Shown: in pieces, positions 52,501 to 64,000 of the stretch
Layout: the number at the start of each line of letters is the position of its first letter
Numbering within the stretch: position 1 is the first letter of the stretch
DNA from: Antedon mediterranea
Taxonomy: Eukaryota; Animalia; Echinodermata
Direction: 5' to 3'
Length of the DNA stretch: 64,000 nucleotides
Assembly: GCF_964355755.1 (NCBI RefSeq)
Contig: NC_092677.1
Coordinates: 11,802,101 to 11,866,100 of the forward strand
Notes under the pieces: model-generated
What the model saw: the letters and a program-made list of their open reading frames with translations, nothing else
Told to the model about the DNA's origin: nothing
Databases searched by the model: none
Made by a program: the position numbers and the translations under genes

Positions 52501-55500
52501 TATATCTTTAAATATTAAAACTTGATACTGAACTAGGCTTAATAAAGATGTATAAATGTACCTGCTACATCTAATGTAAAGACTGTACTCAATTCTTTTG
52601 CAAAACATCGGTACATTCCAGCATCTTCTTGCGTTACTCCATTCATTACGAGTCGAGTTGATACAGCATTGGTTCTCACAATGTAAATACGGTTGTTGCT
52701 CCCAGCTAGAAAATAAAATATGCATATTATTATAATGTTGGTATAGTAAGAAAAAGGGTATTCATTCATTCTCATACATTTGTTTAATGTATTATAATGT
52801 AATAATATAACAATGAATGTCAGGGGTAAGCCACCTCTCATACTTATATGTTACATGCCATAATTTTAATACATAAGATATATTTAGATTACATTATATT
52901 TAATGTATTCAGATCAAGGCCACTGAGCTCGCTTTGCCAAGATAGGAACTCATAACAGTCCTTTGATCTTATGTCTGGCTGCAACAAATACCAACATGTA
53001 CTGTACTATAAACATATTCCCCGCGGCATGCATGTTAAGGGGCATGGAAGTGATCGTGTCATTGCTTTGATCTCCGGAGCTCAGCATCCTGTTAGATTGC
53101 CTTGGTCAGATTGATTACAAACAGAAATATCATTGTTTTGAAAATACATCAATACCTCTTTTGAGAGCAAAAACGTTATTCCCATTTGGATATCTCCAAC
53201 TAGGCCTTTTTGGTGCACCCCTTCCACGTGTCTGGCAAACAACAACCAAATCATCTCCACCACTAGGATTCTTTGTGACATTTGGAGTTACAGTGATAAA
53301 CGTACTACCAACAGCTGAAAAGAAAGAAATGTGTTTATTGATGTGATTTGAGAATAGAAACAATTGTTACCTCCATTTAAGATGCATATAAATGGAACAC
53401 ATGAATATCCATTCTGGACTTATTGTATGTCGGTTGTCTGGTAGTTCAAGTTCAAGTTTATTGTTTCACACAATACAATACAATATGAACAGAAACATAA
53501 ATTTATAATAAATTTTGTGAGGACGCATTAAGCCAATGCTTTAAGTTTGGTCCTCCAGATAAGTAATATATTTAATTATTTAATCTAAGTGAGAGAACAA
53601 AAAACACTTCTTTCTTTCAAATTCTTTCTGTCAAATTGACAAATAAAATTAAACAAAAAGGCACAAAAAAGAAAAAAAAAACAGTCGTAAGGCAATTGTG
53701 AATTACTAATGATCTAAATAGTTTGAAATAAGTGTATTTTGTTTTAAATGAATTTATAATGGTTATTGCTTTTAGATTGAGCGGTAAGTTGTTCCATATA
53801 TAGGATAGGATATCAGTTAAAAAACTTAAATAAACTTACTATATTTCTGACAGAACATTCCAGAATAGTCATCAGTACATATGCATGTTCCATCTTCGCA
53901 AGTACCTCCATTGGTGCATGTGACATCACAAGGACGGTCTAAATTTGACAAAGGTAATGATCAAACTTGACATAAGGGAGATAAGATTGTAAATGTTCAC
54001 CTGGTTTGATAACATTTCAATTGTTAATTTCAGTATATTGTTGAATGTTTGTGAATAATGAAATTATAATTTGTTTATAAGATTGTGAAGTTTGTAATTA
54101 TTTCAGATGTTCTGCTGTGGCAGCCGAAACCCGGACTAAGTTAGTAAGATGTGTGTACTTACCTTGTAATGATACCACCAAGGTGCTGTTGAGGTTGCCA
54201 CTCTCACAAGTGTACACTCCAGAGTCACCCTTGATTACATCCTGTATCACAAGGCGACTGACGGTTGGGGCCATGGCTTCAACATACACATGATCTGTAC
54301 CTATGGCCAATGAATAAATTGTCAATATTTATGTACCACATTACCATTTTTTTCAGAAAGCTAAATATTTTAAAATTGCATTACAGAAGAACTGTGGTCG
54401 TATTATGTCTGATATTTCCCTTAAAAACTATTTCACTAAGACCAATAGATATGGATGAATTTCACATAAAAGTGGTGTTCATTTACTTAGGATAATCTTT
54501 AAAATTCATTTGTTTCTCTCAAGCTCTGTCTACATTATCAAACTTTTTGTGAAAATGTGATGCTCATATACAGAAATGATGATGTCATTTCACTACCATT
54601 TTTCGGCATATCACTGCCATATTTGAGCACATCAAACTTTTTTGTATAGTTTGATAATGTAGACAGACCTTTATGGTAAATAGAGCCAACAAATCTGACT
54701 ATTATGTATCAAAATCATCACAAAGTCTCTTGATTAGACTAAAAAAACAATCTCATTGCTAACCTGGACTGCTTGAAGAAAGTCTTTGTCCATCTGGTCC
54801 ACGCCATAAAATGTTGATGCCATTGTTGCTGTCCCCACCTGTCATCTCACATACATATGAGATGGTCTCACCACTGTAAATGATGTTGCCTTGTTGTGGT
54901 TCAATGGTCATTGATAAGGGATTCACATCTGTAAAACAAATTCAACGTAATATAATAATAATCTTGTTCTTTCTAATTTAAACGTAACCATAAACACTAA
55001 ATTTACACAGACAAGTGGTAACCATAACCGGAAATCTGCGTTCTTGTCCCACGTAGAATCCGTATCTATCCTGAGCGAGTTTCCAGTCTACTCTACGTTT
55101 TGTGTAAATGGTCATAAAAAATAACATAGATTTCATATTTTACTATGTTGTTTAATTTAAATGCTCTCTGATAGACACCAAATATGACTACCTTTGTTGA
55201 ATACAAGTTTTGACCTTTTTAAAAAAAATCATTTATGGCATAATCTTTTTGAGAACTGAGCATTAGTATGCATAATACATTATTGTTACCTTCCACTTCA
55301 CAGAATACACCATGATATCCTAGTGTACATTCACAATACCCATTAAAACAAGTTCCACCATTTTTACAGCCTGGTTGACAATGAATAACTAAAAAGGTGA
55401 AGAAGGAAGCAAGCAAGGAAAGAACGAGGGAAGAGAAGGATAAGTCATTAATGATGTTAATTAATAAAGTTAATATATAATTAAAGGAATGATAACGTTA

Positions 55501-58500
55501 AGGGTAGGAATTAGAAAATATTAGTTGAACTGTAATCTCTAAAAGAGTAATACCTTACAGACATGTTGTATAATATAAGATATAAGATGTACCTTCATTC
55601 TGACAACAGTCAGCAGATTTCCATTCAATGAGTGATTATAGTAATATAAAAGAATATTAATTAGAAAACATTAGTCTATACCAAGAAAATTATCAATCTA
55701 CACTACAGGCATGTTATTTTTTTGTCCTATAATATATGTACCTTGATTCTGACAGAAGTTTCCAAAATAACCTTCTGGACATTCGCATTCACCAACAACA
55801 CATCTACCACCATTAACACATGATGGGCTACATACAAGCACTGATGGAAAGACATTTATAGATATTACAATAGGTTCATTGGATTAACAAGAAATGGATA
55901 TATAATATGATGACATATGTATGGTTTTTTATTTTATACGTATACAAAAGTAAGAAACTCGCCATTTACAGGAAATCATAGTTTATCCATCCGATGCATA
56001 AACTATAATTTATTGTGCTTATAAACTAAGTCTCTTTTGATTTGAGGGAGTGAAGTAGAAAGAGTCTGTTACAACCATAGCACTACGTCAGGATCCTGGA
56101 TTTTGAAATACTCATCTGAGGCTTAGGGAGCAGAGTAAAAAGATTGGTTAGTTACAACCATAGCACTGTGTCAGGATTAAACCTTGTAATTGGGGGAGGC
56201 GGGGGGAACAAGAATGTTAATAGCTCCATTACAAGCATGTTCTTTTTAGGCGTGTTCATTTCATTCACTAATATAGTAGTATTTCTTTGGTCATTACTTA
56301 CATTGAACAACTGTTATGCGGGTAATAGGTCCTGCTTTACATGTATAGAAGCCTTCATCTGATGTCTGCAAACCATTTATTGTTAGCTTTGTCTCTTGCT
56401 CTGACAATTTTGTTATAACAAAATGACTACCTGTATAAACAAAGTTTACATTTTAATTATAAGTTATGTTACACAAACTTACGTCATACATATAATAAAA
56501 AGTTTTCCTTTTTTGTACCTGGAATTGTATTGGAGATAGACCTCTGACTTGGATCAATCCATTGTGGATTTATTATCCCATCTTGACCACTTGCAATGCA
56601 TGTGAATGTTACAGTGTTACCAACTTCTAGTATATCGCCTCTTCCTTTCTCTATTCGTAGATTTCGCAAATTGTCCTCTGCAAGAAATATATTACATGAT
56701 TAGATGCGATCATAAAGTTATTTGTAAATATTAATTTTAAATAAATACTGTATCGTCTTTATTAGTATTCTTGTTACTTACTGTCATGTTGGCAGAGGTC
56801 ACCCTCATACTGTTCAGTGCACAAACATTGACTTCCAAGACATGTACCTCCATTTTCACAAGGTGAAGTCTCATCACATCCAGCAACTGAAACAGAAACA
56901 TTTATATCATGGGCTGGTTTATGATTGATATCATCATGACATATAACACAGTGGTTTTATGGACTTGTAGTCCATTTGTGAAGAATTTAATTTATTCAGA
57001 AAGCTAGTGGCAGAAACAAAACAACTTTGGCACATAATTAAATAGTATGTGTTAATGCTATTTTTTTTTAAATACAATACATGATACAATATCGTGAGTT
57101 AATTTCTTGATTACTCGTAACATTATATAAAATATAGACTATTATGCATTTTACAATTTTAACTGTAAAAATATTAATAGTCTGTTTCCTACCTTTTTCA
57201 TCACAGTATTTGCCAATGTAATGTGGTAAGCAACGGCATATACCACTAACACACGCTCCATTTTGACATAGGTCACGGCAGTTGTCCTCTGTAGATAGTG
57301 AGGTAAATTGAAATTAACAATGCAGAATTTGTAATAAATGTTTAATGATTTCAGACAGTAAACATTTGTATAATTGAATAAAAACATAGGAATATCTATA
57401 GTCTGTCAAAAAGATATTTAGCTGTCAAAAGAGGAAGCGTGCACCCGAAGGACTACCCACAGTGATCTGCCCCTGACTTAGTATTTACGCACAGAACCAT
57501 CAGCGACTTTCTCAGTGTAAACCCTCTCCAGGAGACCTCCACGAAAGAAAGCGTGCACCCCAAGAATTACCCTCTGTGGTCCATCCCCGACTTAGTATGT
57601 AACTAGGAAACGGATACTTACTGACTCTGAGCACATGTGGTGTGCTCTTGTCTCCTGATGTGCACTTAAACAAACCAGCGTCACGTACTTGTATGTCATT
57701 AATCACAAGACGTACAGAACCATCAGCGACTTTCTCAGTGTACACCCTCTCCAGGAGTCCACCAAGAAGTCCAGAACCAATGTCACCTGAGCCAAGCTCT
57801 AATCCTGACCCTCCTTCACCAGATCCTGAAAATTCTAATAAATGTAACAAATACCTGTTAATACAAATTTCTACAATTGTAGTTAGTTATTCAAAATAAT
57901 TGAAATTGATAGACAATATGACTCTCCCAAAAAACTGACTCAAAACCAGACTTTTTTTATGAACGTAAAGTTCCCAAAATTCTTTTTTGCCGTTAAAAAT
58001 AGACTTGGAATACCAGAATTTCTGGCAAACCAGGCATATTAGGCCAGCCCAAAAGTGTCTGTTATTTGGAGAGTATATAATAATAATATAATATAGTATA
58101 CGTACCTTCAGAGCTTTCAATAGCCTTGCCATTGGCATCAGTCCACATGGGAAGTGCTCGTGCACCATCACTTGCTTTGCACAGTAAACTGTAACGGCTG
58201 CCAGGTGTTGGATCTTTTGAAGAACTTGGAGTGATAGTCAATTCAAATGGTTTCTCCACTGGTGGAAAATATTCATTAATATATATGATGAAAATCAGAT
58301 TTAAAAATGTAATCTTTTAGCAAGAATTCTTGGGTATTCGGACTTGAATGTTGTAAGGCCAATTTACACAGAAGAGAGGTAATGGTAAGCGGAAAAAACA
58401 TGTAGCTTGTCCCACATAGAATCTGTATCTATCCGTTGTGTGTAAATGGTCATAAGGAACAACATAGAGTCTATATATTTATTACCGTTACTGCTTGTCT

Positions 58501-61500
58501 GTGTAAATTAGATATATGAGATTAGATATATTTATAATAACCCATATAATCCATTTGACTTGAAAGTTAAGTTGAACTTTTATTGCTACATGGAGAGTAG
58601 ATATAAAATCATGTAACTTACCAACATATGGGAATTCACACTGAGGACCACGGTAGAGTGGAGTACATCTACAGACACCACCATCACAAACACCTCCATT
58701 TTCACATGGTTCATCACAACTGGGGACTAACAAGAACACACCAATTTTGAAAATAAAATATGGTACAGAGAAAATTTCGTAGAGTTACTTAGTGAAGCAT
58801 AAATATATAGGTATGTCTGTGGCTCACACAGATAAGCACAAAATGATCGATGCTGTTATAAAAAAATCCACTCAAAATGTCTTCTACTTACCATAAACCT
58901 TTAAATTATGTCGACGTTCTAAACCACTCGCCTTGCAGACATAAATTGCTTGATCCAATTCCTGGAGTCGTTTAAACCTTAAGATAGACACATATGCACC
59001 TGGCTCTTCTACAATCACTCTTGGATCTAGAAATAAAAAATAAATTGTGACAATATTTCTTGTAATATTACAAGTATTTACATATATATAATATATATGT
59101 ATAATAAATCTAAACGCTTACCAATTGCAAGTCCATTTGATAGGCTCCATGTTGGGTACTGAGGTCGGTTATTTCCTGTGACTTCACAAACTAATGCAAT
59201 GGCATTACCAACAAATGGAGCTGTTCCAATAAAACTGATGTCCATAGAGTATTCATTCACAGCTTGGGATAAATATAAATGATATGATTATGGTTAATTC
59301 AAACTATTGATTTTGTTTCAAAGTGCTTATTATGGCAGGGCCGCTGGCTGCAAACCATAGCCCCTTCAACAGAGGTAAACCTGGCCGTCCAGTGTACTGG
59401 CTCGTGTGCATTAAAAAGAACCCAGTGCAAATTCCGGAAGAGTAGGAGTTACCCCAGTGTACTGATCCAACTAAGCATTTGTTGTTCATGGTAGGTGCTG
59501 CACTGTGGCTAGGTTTGTAGAGCGCCTAATCTAAATTTCCGCAGCTGATTATCTAAAGGCTGAATACACTTACCAATGTTTTCACATCTATCTCCAAAAT
59601 AGCTGTCACTACACTGACATATACCGGATAAACATGTACCTCCATTCAGACACATTGGTTCACATACAGGATCTGTTAAATGTTTTAAAGAATTTTAAAC
59701 TGCTAACTAATTTCATAATAATTAAAGATAGATATTAATAGCATAATGAACAAAAATATCTCACAAATATATCTTTTAAAAAAAATCCACAAAATTACTC
59801 TTTTAAAAAAAATTATTTTTAAATACTTTCATAATTTTAGGTATATTTTGGTGCTTTTTCAGATCAATTGAAATTAAAACATAGTCACTGGTTAACCTTA
59901 AAATAGCATACAAACCTTTCATATTGATGAAGTAGTTAGCTGTAATTGGTCCAGATGAGCAAGTGTAATCACCAGTGTGGTCTGGGTTGAGTCCTGTGAT
60001 GTGTAGCACAGTAGTGGATGCTGATTCTTTCTCAATATACATTCCTTTATATAAAACAGTCATGTTATTATTTTTGTTTTTATGATGATTAAATGCAATT
60101 CAAGTATGTATATATATGCATGTCTTCTACTTTCTTTATACCCTTCGTTTTTATGTAAGCGAGTCAAGCTAATCATGAAACTAACTTGCGTCTATACTAA
60201 TCTGCAAAACATCAAGCATGTTTTCTTACATGACCTGGTTTAAGTTCAGCGCAAATTTCAAGACCAAATGTAATACACTTAAGCTCTGTCTAAGTGTGAT
60301 GTGCCCAAATATGGTAGTGATATGCCCAAATATGGTACATCATTATGTCCATATATGGCCACATCACATGTTTTTATCACATAAAGTTTGATAGTCTAGA
60401 TAGCTTTAAACTATAAAACTATTTCCTGTTTTTTTTCTCAACAAATAATCATGTCATTTATATTTTAGAGATGAGCACAACTAGTCTGAAAATGTATTAC
60501 CATCAGCTTCCGTTTCTTGAATGATGCTACCATATGGGTTGAACCACACAGGTGCTGAACTGCCACCCTCTGCAGTCGTCACACATCTGAAGGTAGCATC
60601 ACTTCCTGTTGTTGGAACAGATTCACTTCCTGGGACAATGTCAACTCTAATTCCAGAGCCATCTGGGTCAGCTGAAATTTTAAAAAATGACATTGATATC
60701 CTTTGAAGTTTCAACATTCTTTAAAATTGAAAAGTATTTGATGAAAAGTTGTAAGGCATGTGGCACAGTGTTTTGGATGTTGGACTACTGATCGTGAGAA
60801 TATCATGTTTCCATATGTTTGATCCAAAAATGCCAGGGGTAATATAATATAAATCTAGGATATTATTATTATTATAAATCATGTACCTTTAAAGTTGCAG
60901 AATTCACCGGAGAAACCATCAATGCATGTGCAGAAACCACCAACGCACTCACCACCATTGGCACATGGTTCTTCACAAATGGCATCAGGATCTACAGAAG
61001 AGAAATTAGTATGGGTTAGGAAGAAACAGAATTTGGTAACTTTGGATTGGTAACACAGTTATAGTACTTATTAAAGAAATTAGTAATGGTTAGGAAGAAC
61101 CAGAAATTGGTAACTTTGGATTGGTAACAAAGTTATAGTGGTTACTGACCTTGTGGAACCAAGTTGATTTCGTTGGTGACCTTGTTAGCCTTGCATGTAT
61201 AAACACCAGCATTAGCTGCTTCCAAGTTGTTAAAGTTTAACCGTATTGTCCGTTTGTTCACTACCTCTGTGTGTATATTTTCATTTGCATCATCTAAAAA
61301 CAAAATTCAGTATAACAAATACATTATCATGTCTTCATCAAGGGTGTATCCAAATTGTAATGCAAAAGATAGGACATCAAAGCTAGCTCAGCCCTTCATT
61401 TCACTATTTTTATGCCCTGGGTGCGATTTTTTTTTTCGTACACAAGTTGGGGACACCATGTGGAAGATAGCCACTACTTCCTAAATATAACTAAATCTAA

Positions 61501-63875
61501 CCCTCTAAATAATCTTTCTCTCTCACTATAAAGTAAAATAAGTAGCTCATGGGAGTCGAACCCCATACATCGACATGTAAAGTCCATAGTCTTATCCACT
61601 CGACTACACAGATAGCTCGACAGAAACCATTGCATTTGTAGTTATCTCAATTCTCAGGTCACACCTTATGGATATGACTAATGAATATTCATGTTTATTT
61701 TGTGACATTTCACGAGGGGTCCCCAACTTATGTACAAAAAGAAATATCGGGTACCCTATTTCAAAATCCTGGATCTACCACTGTTCTTTATTCGTACATA
61801 CAGATGTACAGAGACCTAAAGATGCCTGTGTACACAAACAAGGCGAGTCAAATGGCAGAGCGGCTTTAGGCAGGGGCGCCATTTACCATTTCCTAAAGAG
61901 CCAACATGAGATCAAAGCCAACTCACTCCTAGTCGCTACTCGAATAAGTACTATAAACCCTAGGTCCGGTGTACACAGATCCAAACAAATGAATAAAAAT
62001 TAAAAATGTAAATGTATACAAACCTGAAACAAGTGTTCCATCAGCATGATACCATTTTAGATTCTTTGGTCCTTTGCCTTGAATATCACAAGTGTATCCT
62101 ACTGGTGATCCAATCTCTGGTCGCTGTGGTCCTCTTATTCTCAATTTAAACTTTTTCTCACCTAATAATAAAACATTTATCAGACATGGATGTTTATAGA
62201 AAGGATTTCAAAAGAAAACTGAAAGATGCTGAGGATCTTGGAAAGCCTTAACCGCCAACAGTCTTAGGAGGACATGGCACATGAAGAATAATAGTCTTTA
62301 ATATGTTTAAATCACACCATCACTTTACCTACATGTAGAGAGTTATTAACTTACTTCGAATTTCACAAAGGTTTCCTGAGTATTTTTTAGGGCAGACACA
62401 TTGGTTGTCAGTGCAGACACCCTCATTAAGGCAAGCGAGGCGACAAGGTTGCTCTCCTGAAAATCAAACATCTTCTATTAGGATTTGAGTGGGTCAGTAT
62501 AAAGAAAAAATAGCATTTGAGGCTGAGCAGCAACTGGGAGTTTTAGAGGGCGGTTTATTACCATTTTTTTAAATGAAAAACTGCACAGGTTGCCTCGTCA
62601 AAATGGTCAATACAAATCAATCAAATTATTTGCCTATTGTATTTAATTTTCTATTTTATTTATTTATTAACAACAAACTAATCAACAGTAAAACAGCAGA
62701 ATTATAATGCATTTAGAGAAAATATTTAATAATAAAACACATAAAATTAAGACAATAAAACAAAGTAAAAAACAAAAAAAAAAATTATCTTACTGAATAA
62801 GTCAAGTTTAAAGTTTGTTGCAAATGGGAAGACAATACAGGTGTATAATCCAGCATCACTTTCACTCAGAGAACTTATTGTTAATCTTGTTTCTGTTGAT
62901 GATAGCCTTTCTGAGTACATGTCTTCATTTACACCTAAATAAAAATAAATGTTTGTTTATGTACATTAGAACTTGACTGACAATGCTATTGCAGAGGACT
63001 TAGAAACACCTCGGCCTACAAGTGTCAGATCTCCAATCTAGTAAATCAACAAGGGTACATTATATGATGTAAACTTGTTCACAAGGCTATTATGGAGACC
63101 AGGAAAAATCTCATTATCAAAGGCTACATATGCAACCTCTTTTAACACCACATGAAGGCTAGACCCACACACAATGACATTACAACAAACTTAAAATGGC
63201 CGACAGCCTACCTGGGGTTAGGTCTTGTAATCTTGAGCCATCAGGTGATACCCACACAGGGTCTTTAAACTCACTTTCTTCTGGCACTTCACAGGTGTAA
63301 CTTACTGTAGATCCTTCGCTTGGAACCTGGTCTGGTGGGCCATAAATGCTTACACTAAATGGTCTGCCAACTTAAAAATAAGAAAAATATATCTAAGAAC
63401 ACCATTGATAGTGGCATAGTTGGTTTGTTCACATGGTCCACAGTGTGTTGGACGCTGGACTACTGATTGTGATATTGTGGGTTCGAATCCAATGCTCGTC
63501 ACATTGCTTGTATTCTTAGGCAAGACAATTTACTTACATTTGCCTCTCTCCACCCAGCTATACAAATGGATACCTGGTAAAATCTAGACACAACTTTGCG
63601 CTGATTACTAACAGCATTATTATGGGAGTATGTTTCCTTAGATGTTTGATCCATTTATCCACGTAATTCACAACATTAGGCGCTTTATAAAGCTTATTAT
63701 ATATATAAAACTGTATTGCCAAGCATATATGTACACACTAGTATAAAACTGCTTGTTTCTCACATATACTTACCAGGTACCTGACAAACTTCACCCATGT
63801 ACCCTGGCTCACAAACGCATTTTCCTTCTTTACAGACACCATCATGAAGACAGTTTAGTGTACATGGTGGCTCAG
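33017..63875 (-). CDS. Very large extracellular kielin/chordin-like (BMPER/Cv2-type) protein with an N-terminal Ig/EGF array; 5' end outside the window; more than 60 exons
   Basis: Continuous chain of GT-AG exons with compatible phases, from EGF exon 63875-63774 to the stop at 33017: ~10 two-exon Ig domains, ~19 EGF, 2 cbEGF, ~14 VWC, VWD ([14 protein letters not shown]; LCGLCGNYN), C8 and TIL ([18 protein letters not shown]). Confidence 0.88.
35741..44798 (-). CDS. VWC (chordin-type cysteine-rich) array of the large gene: 1 partial + 13 complete repeats
   Basis: Recurring C..G..Y..G..W/F...C..C.C..G...C....C....C......G.CCP.C across 17 exons. Confidence 0.92.
35981..36220. repeat. 48-bp minisatellite, 5 identical copies
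   Basis: TTGTATCTCCATTGAGATCCAGCCACTGATACCCACAGCATTGTCATT x5; a single related copy lies at ~48922. Confidence 0.95.
36616..36687 (+). tRNA. tRNA-Asp(ATC)-like gene, copy 1
   Basis: 72-nt cloverleaf: acceptor GCCCCAG/TTGGGGC, D-arm GTCT/GGAC, anticodon stem TCTGC/GCAGG with loop ATATCAA, T-arm CCGAG-TTCGAGT-CTCGG, discriminator G, then TTTTT 2 nt downstream. Confidence 0.7.
36980..37051 (+). tRNA. tRNA-Asp(ATC)-like gene, copy 2 (D-loop GG changed to TG, probably impaired)
   Basis: Same cloverleaf, but AATTGTT replaces AATGGTT in the A-box. Confidence 0.55.
37344..37415 (+). tRNA. tRNA-Asp(ATC)-like gene, copy 3
   Basis: Identical to copy 1, with the T-run terminator. Confidence 0.7.
39219..39325. 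mobile_element. Tc1/pogo(Tigger)-type MITE
   Basis: TA|CAGTCAACTCTC...GGGAGTCGACTG|TA. Confidence 0.75.
44894..63875 (-). CDS. Ig/EGF repeat region of the large gene
   Basis: Phase-1 EGF exons (C..PC.NGG.C..G.C.C..G..G..C) alternate with split Ig exons (N-half Y.C...P.W..PDG; C-half L.I......D.G.Y.C). cbEGF exons at 45398-45279 (DINEC) and 45019-44894. Confidence 0.9.
47120..47345. repeat. Interspersed repeat with an inverted copy at 52917-53108
   Basis: GCAATCTAACAGGATGCTGAGCT...GACATAAGATCAAAGGA..GTTATGAGTTCCTATCTTG is present in reverse complement at the second site. Confidence 0.7.
48307..48916 (+). mobile_element. Non-autonomous Helentron/HINE-type element
   Basis: 5' TTATTACCTCCGCCAAGGAGG subTIR with inverted repeat, (GT)n microsatellite, internal ~130-bp duplication, 3' GGCGGAGG subTIR, GTACTC-TCG-GAGTAC hairpin, CTAG end. 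Confidence 0.8.
49112..49410. repeat. 20-bp minisatellite (AAGATTGAATCAGTTTACAT)n, about 14-15 copies
   Basis: Direct reading; abuts the splice acceptor of EGF exon 49103-49005. Confidence 0.96.
51170..51302. mobile_element. Short CAGTGGCG-terminus MITE (related copy at ~35501-35690)
   Basis: CAGTGGCGTAA...TTATGCCACTG inverted termini; shared internal CTAAACCCAG..GCCCC.GAGC. Confidence 0.6.
51786..51809 (-). CDS. 24-nt symmetric micro-exon encoding (A)NRRKRSA, a proprotein convertase site
   Basis: attctacag|CT AAC AGA CGC AAA AGA AGT GCA G|gtactt; phase 1-1, in frame between EGF exons 52144-52045 and 50963-50730. Confidence 0.7.
53443..53803 (-). mobile_element. CR1/L2-group LINE 3' remnant
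   Basis: The minus strand encodes [21 protein letters not shown]; short (AACTTG)n-like tail. Confidence 0.6.
59370..59470 (+). mobile_element. Deu/Nin-domain SINE fragment
   Basis: GTGCATTAAAAAGAACCCAGTGCA...GAAGAGTAGGAGTTACCCCAGTGTACTG resembles the conserved Deu/Nin central domain as I recall it. Confidence 0.6.
63410..63700 (+). mobile_element. tRNA-derived SINE with a CORE-like central domain (deleted relative at ~60755-60840)
   Basis: B-box GGTTCGAATCC followed by CTTAGGCAAGACAATTTAC...GCCTCTCTCCACCCAGCT..AAATGGATACC. Confidence 0.7.
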
Positions 63876-64000
63876 CTGATGTTAAATATACAAAGTTAAT
63901 AGCATGATGAATTAACAATTAGATAAATGATACCGATATATGAAAATAGTTTGAGTACATTTTTAGCAAGGTGAAATTAATATACCGTAAAAACTTCAAA

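Noticed and set aside
61545-61612. Additional tRNA genes (also ~33648, ~41810, ~42278, ~48703, ~63450)
   Set aside because: Only A/B-box remnants with broken stems; these are SINE heads, not tRNAs.
39706-62003. Plus-strand ORFs overlapping the large gene
   Set aside because: Antisense shadows of Cys/Gly-rich exons, with no independent splice structure.

Overview
AT-rich, intron-rich eukaryotic DNA from an animal; the gene set, Deu/CORE-type SINE fragments and frequent TAGGCCTA palindromes suggest an invertebrate deuterostome, possibly an echinoderm (inference). By reading splice sites I reconstructed five genes. (1) The last two exons of TMEM147 (+). (2) A complete PCBD-type pterin dehydratase (-). 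(3) A complete selenoprotein S (+), head-to-head with PCBD, with an in-frame UGA and a type-II SECIS about 2.47 kb downstream, beyond two MITE insertions. (4) A complete PTPMT1 (-). (5) The 3' ~31 kb of a very large extracellular protein (-): about 10 Ig, 19 EGF and 2 cbEGF domains, then about 14 VWC, then VWD-C8-TIL. It is a kielin/BMPER-like BMP-binding module fused to an Ig/EGF rod, with a 24-nt furin-site micro-exon, a Ser-Gly glycosaminoglycan tract and a GDPH autoproteolysis motif. The 10-26 kb interval is mostly satellites (31, 64 and 284 bp; the last built entirely of palindromes), LINE remnants and a minimal hammerhead ribozyme. One intron of the large gene holds a (TA)n-flanked element with three tandem 364-bp units, each containing a cleanly folding 72-nt tRNA with the normally avoided Asp(ATC) anticodon and a Pol III terminator. 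No database searches were run. Family names come from motif recognition, and repeat boundaries are approximate.
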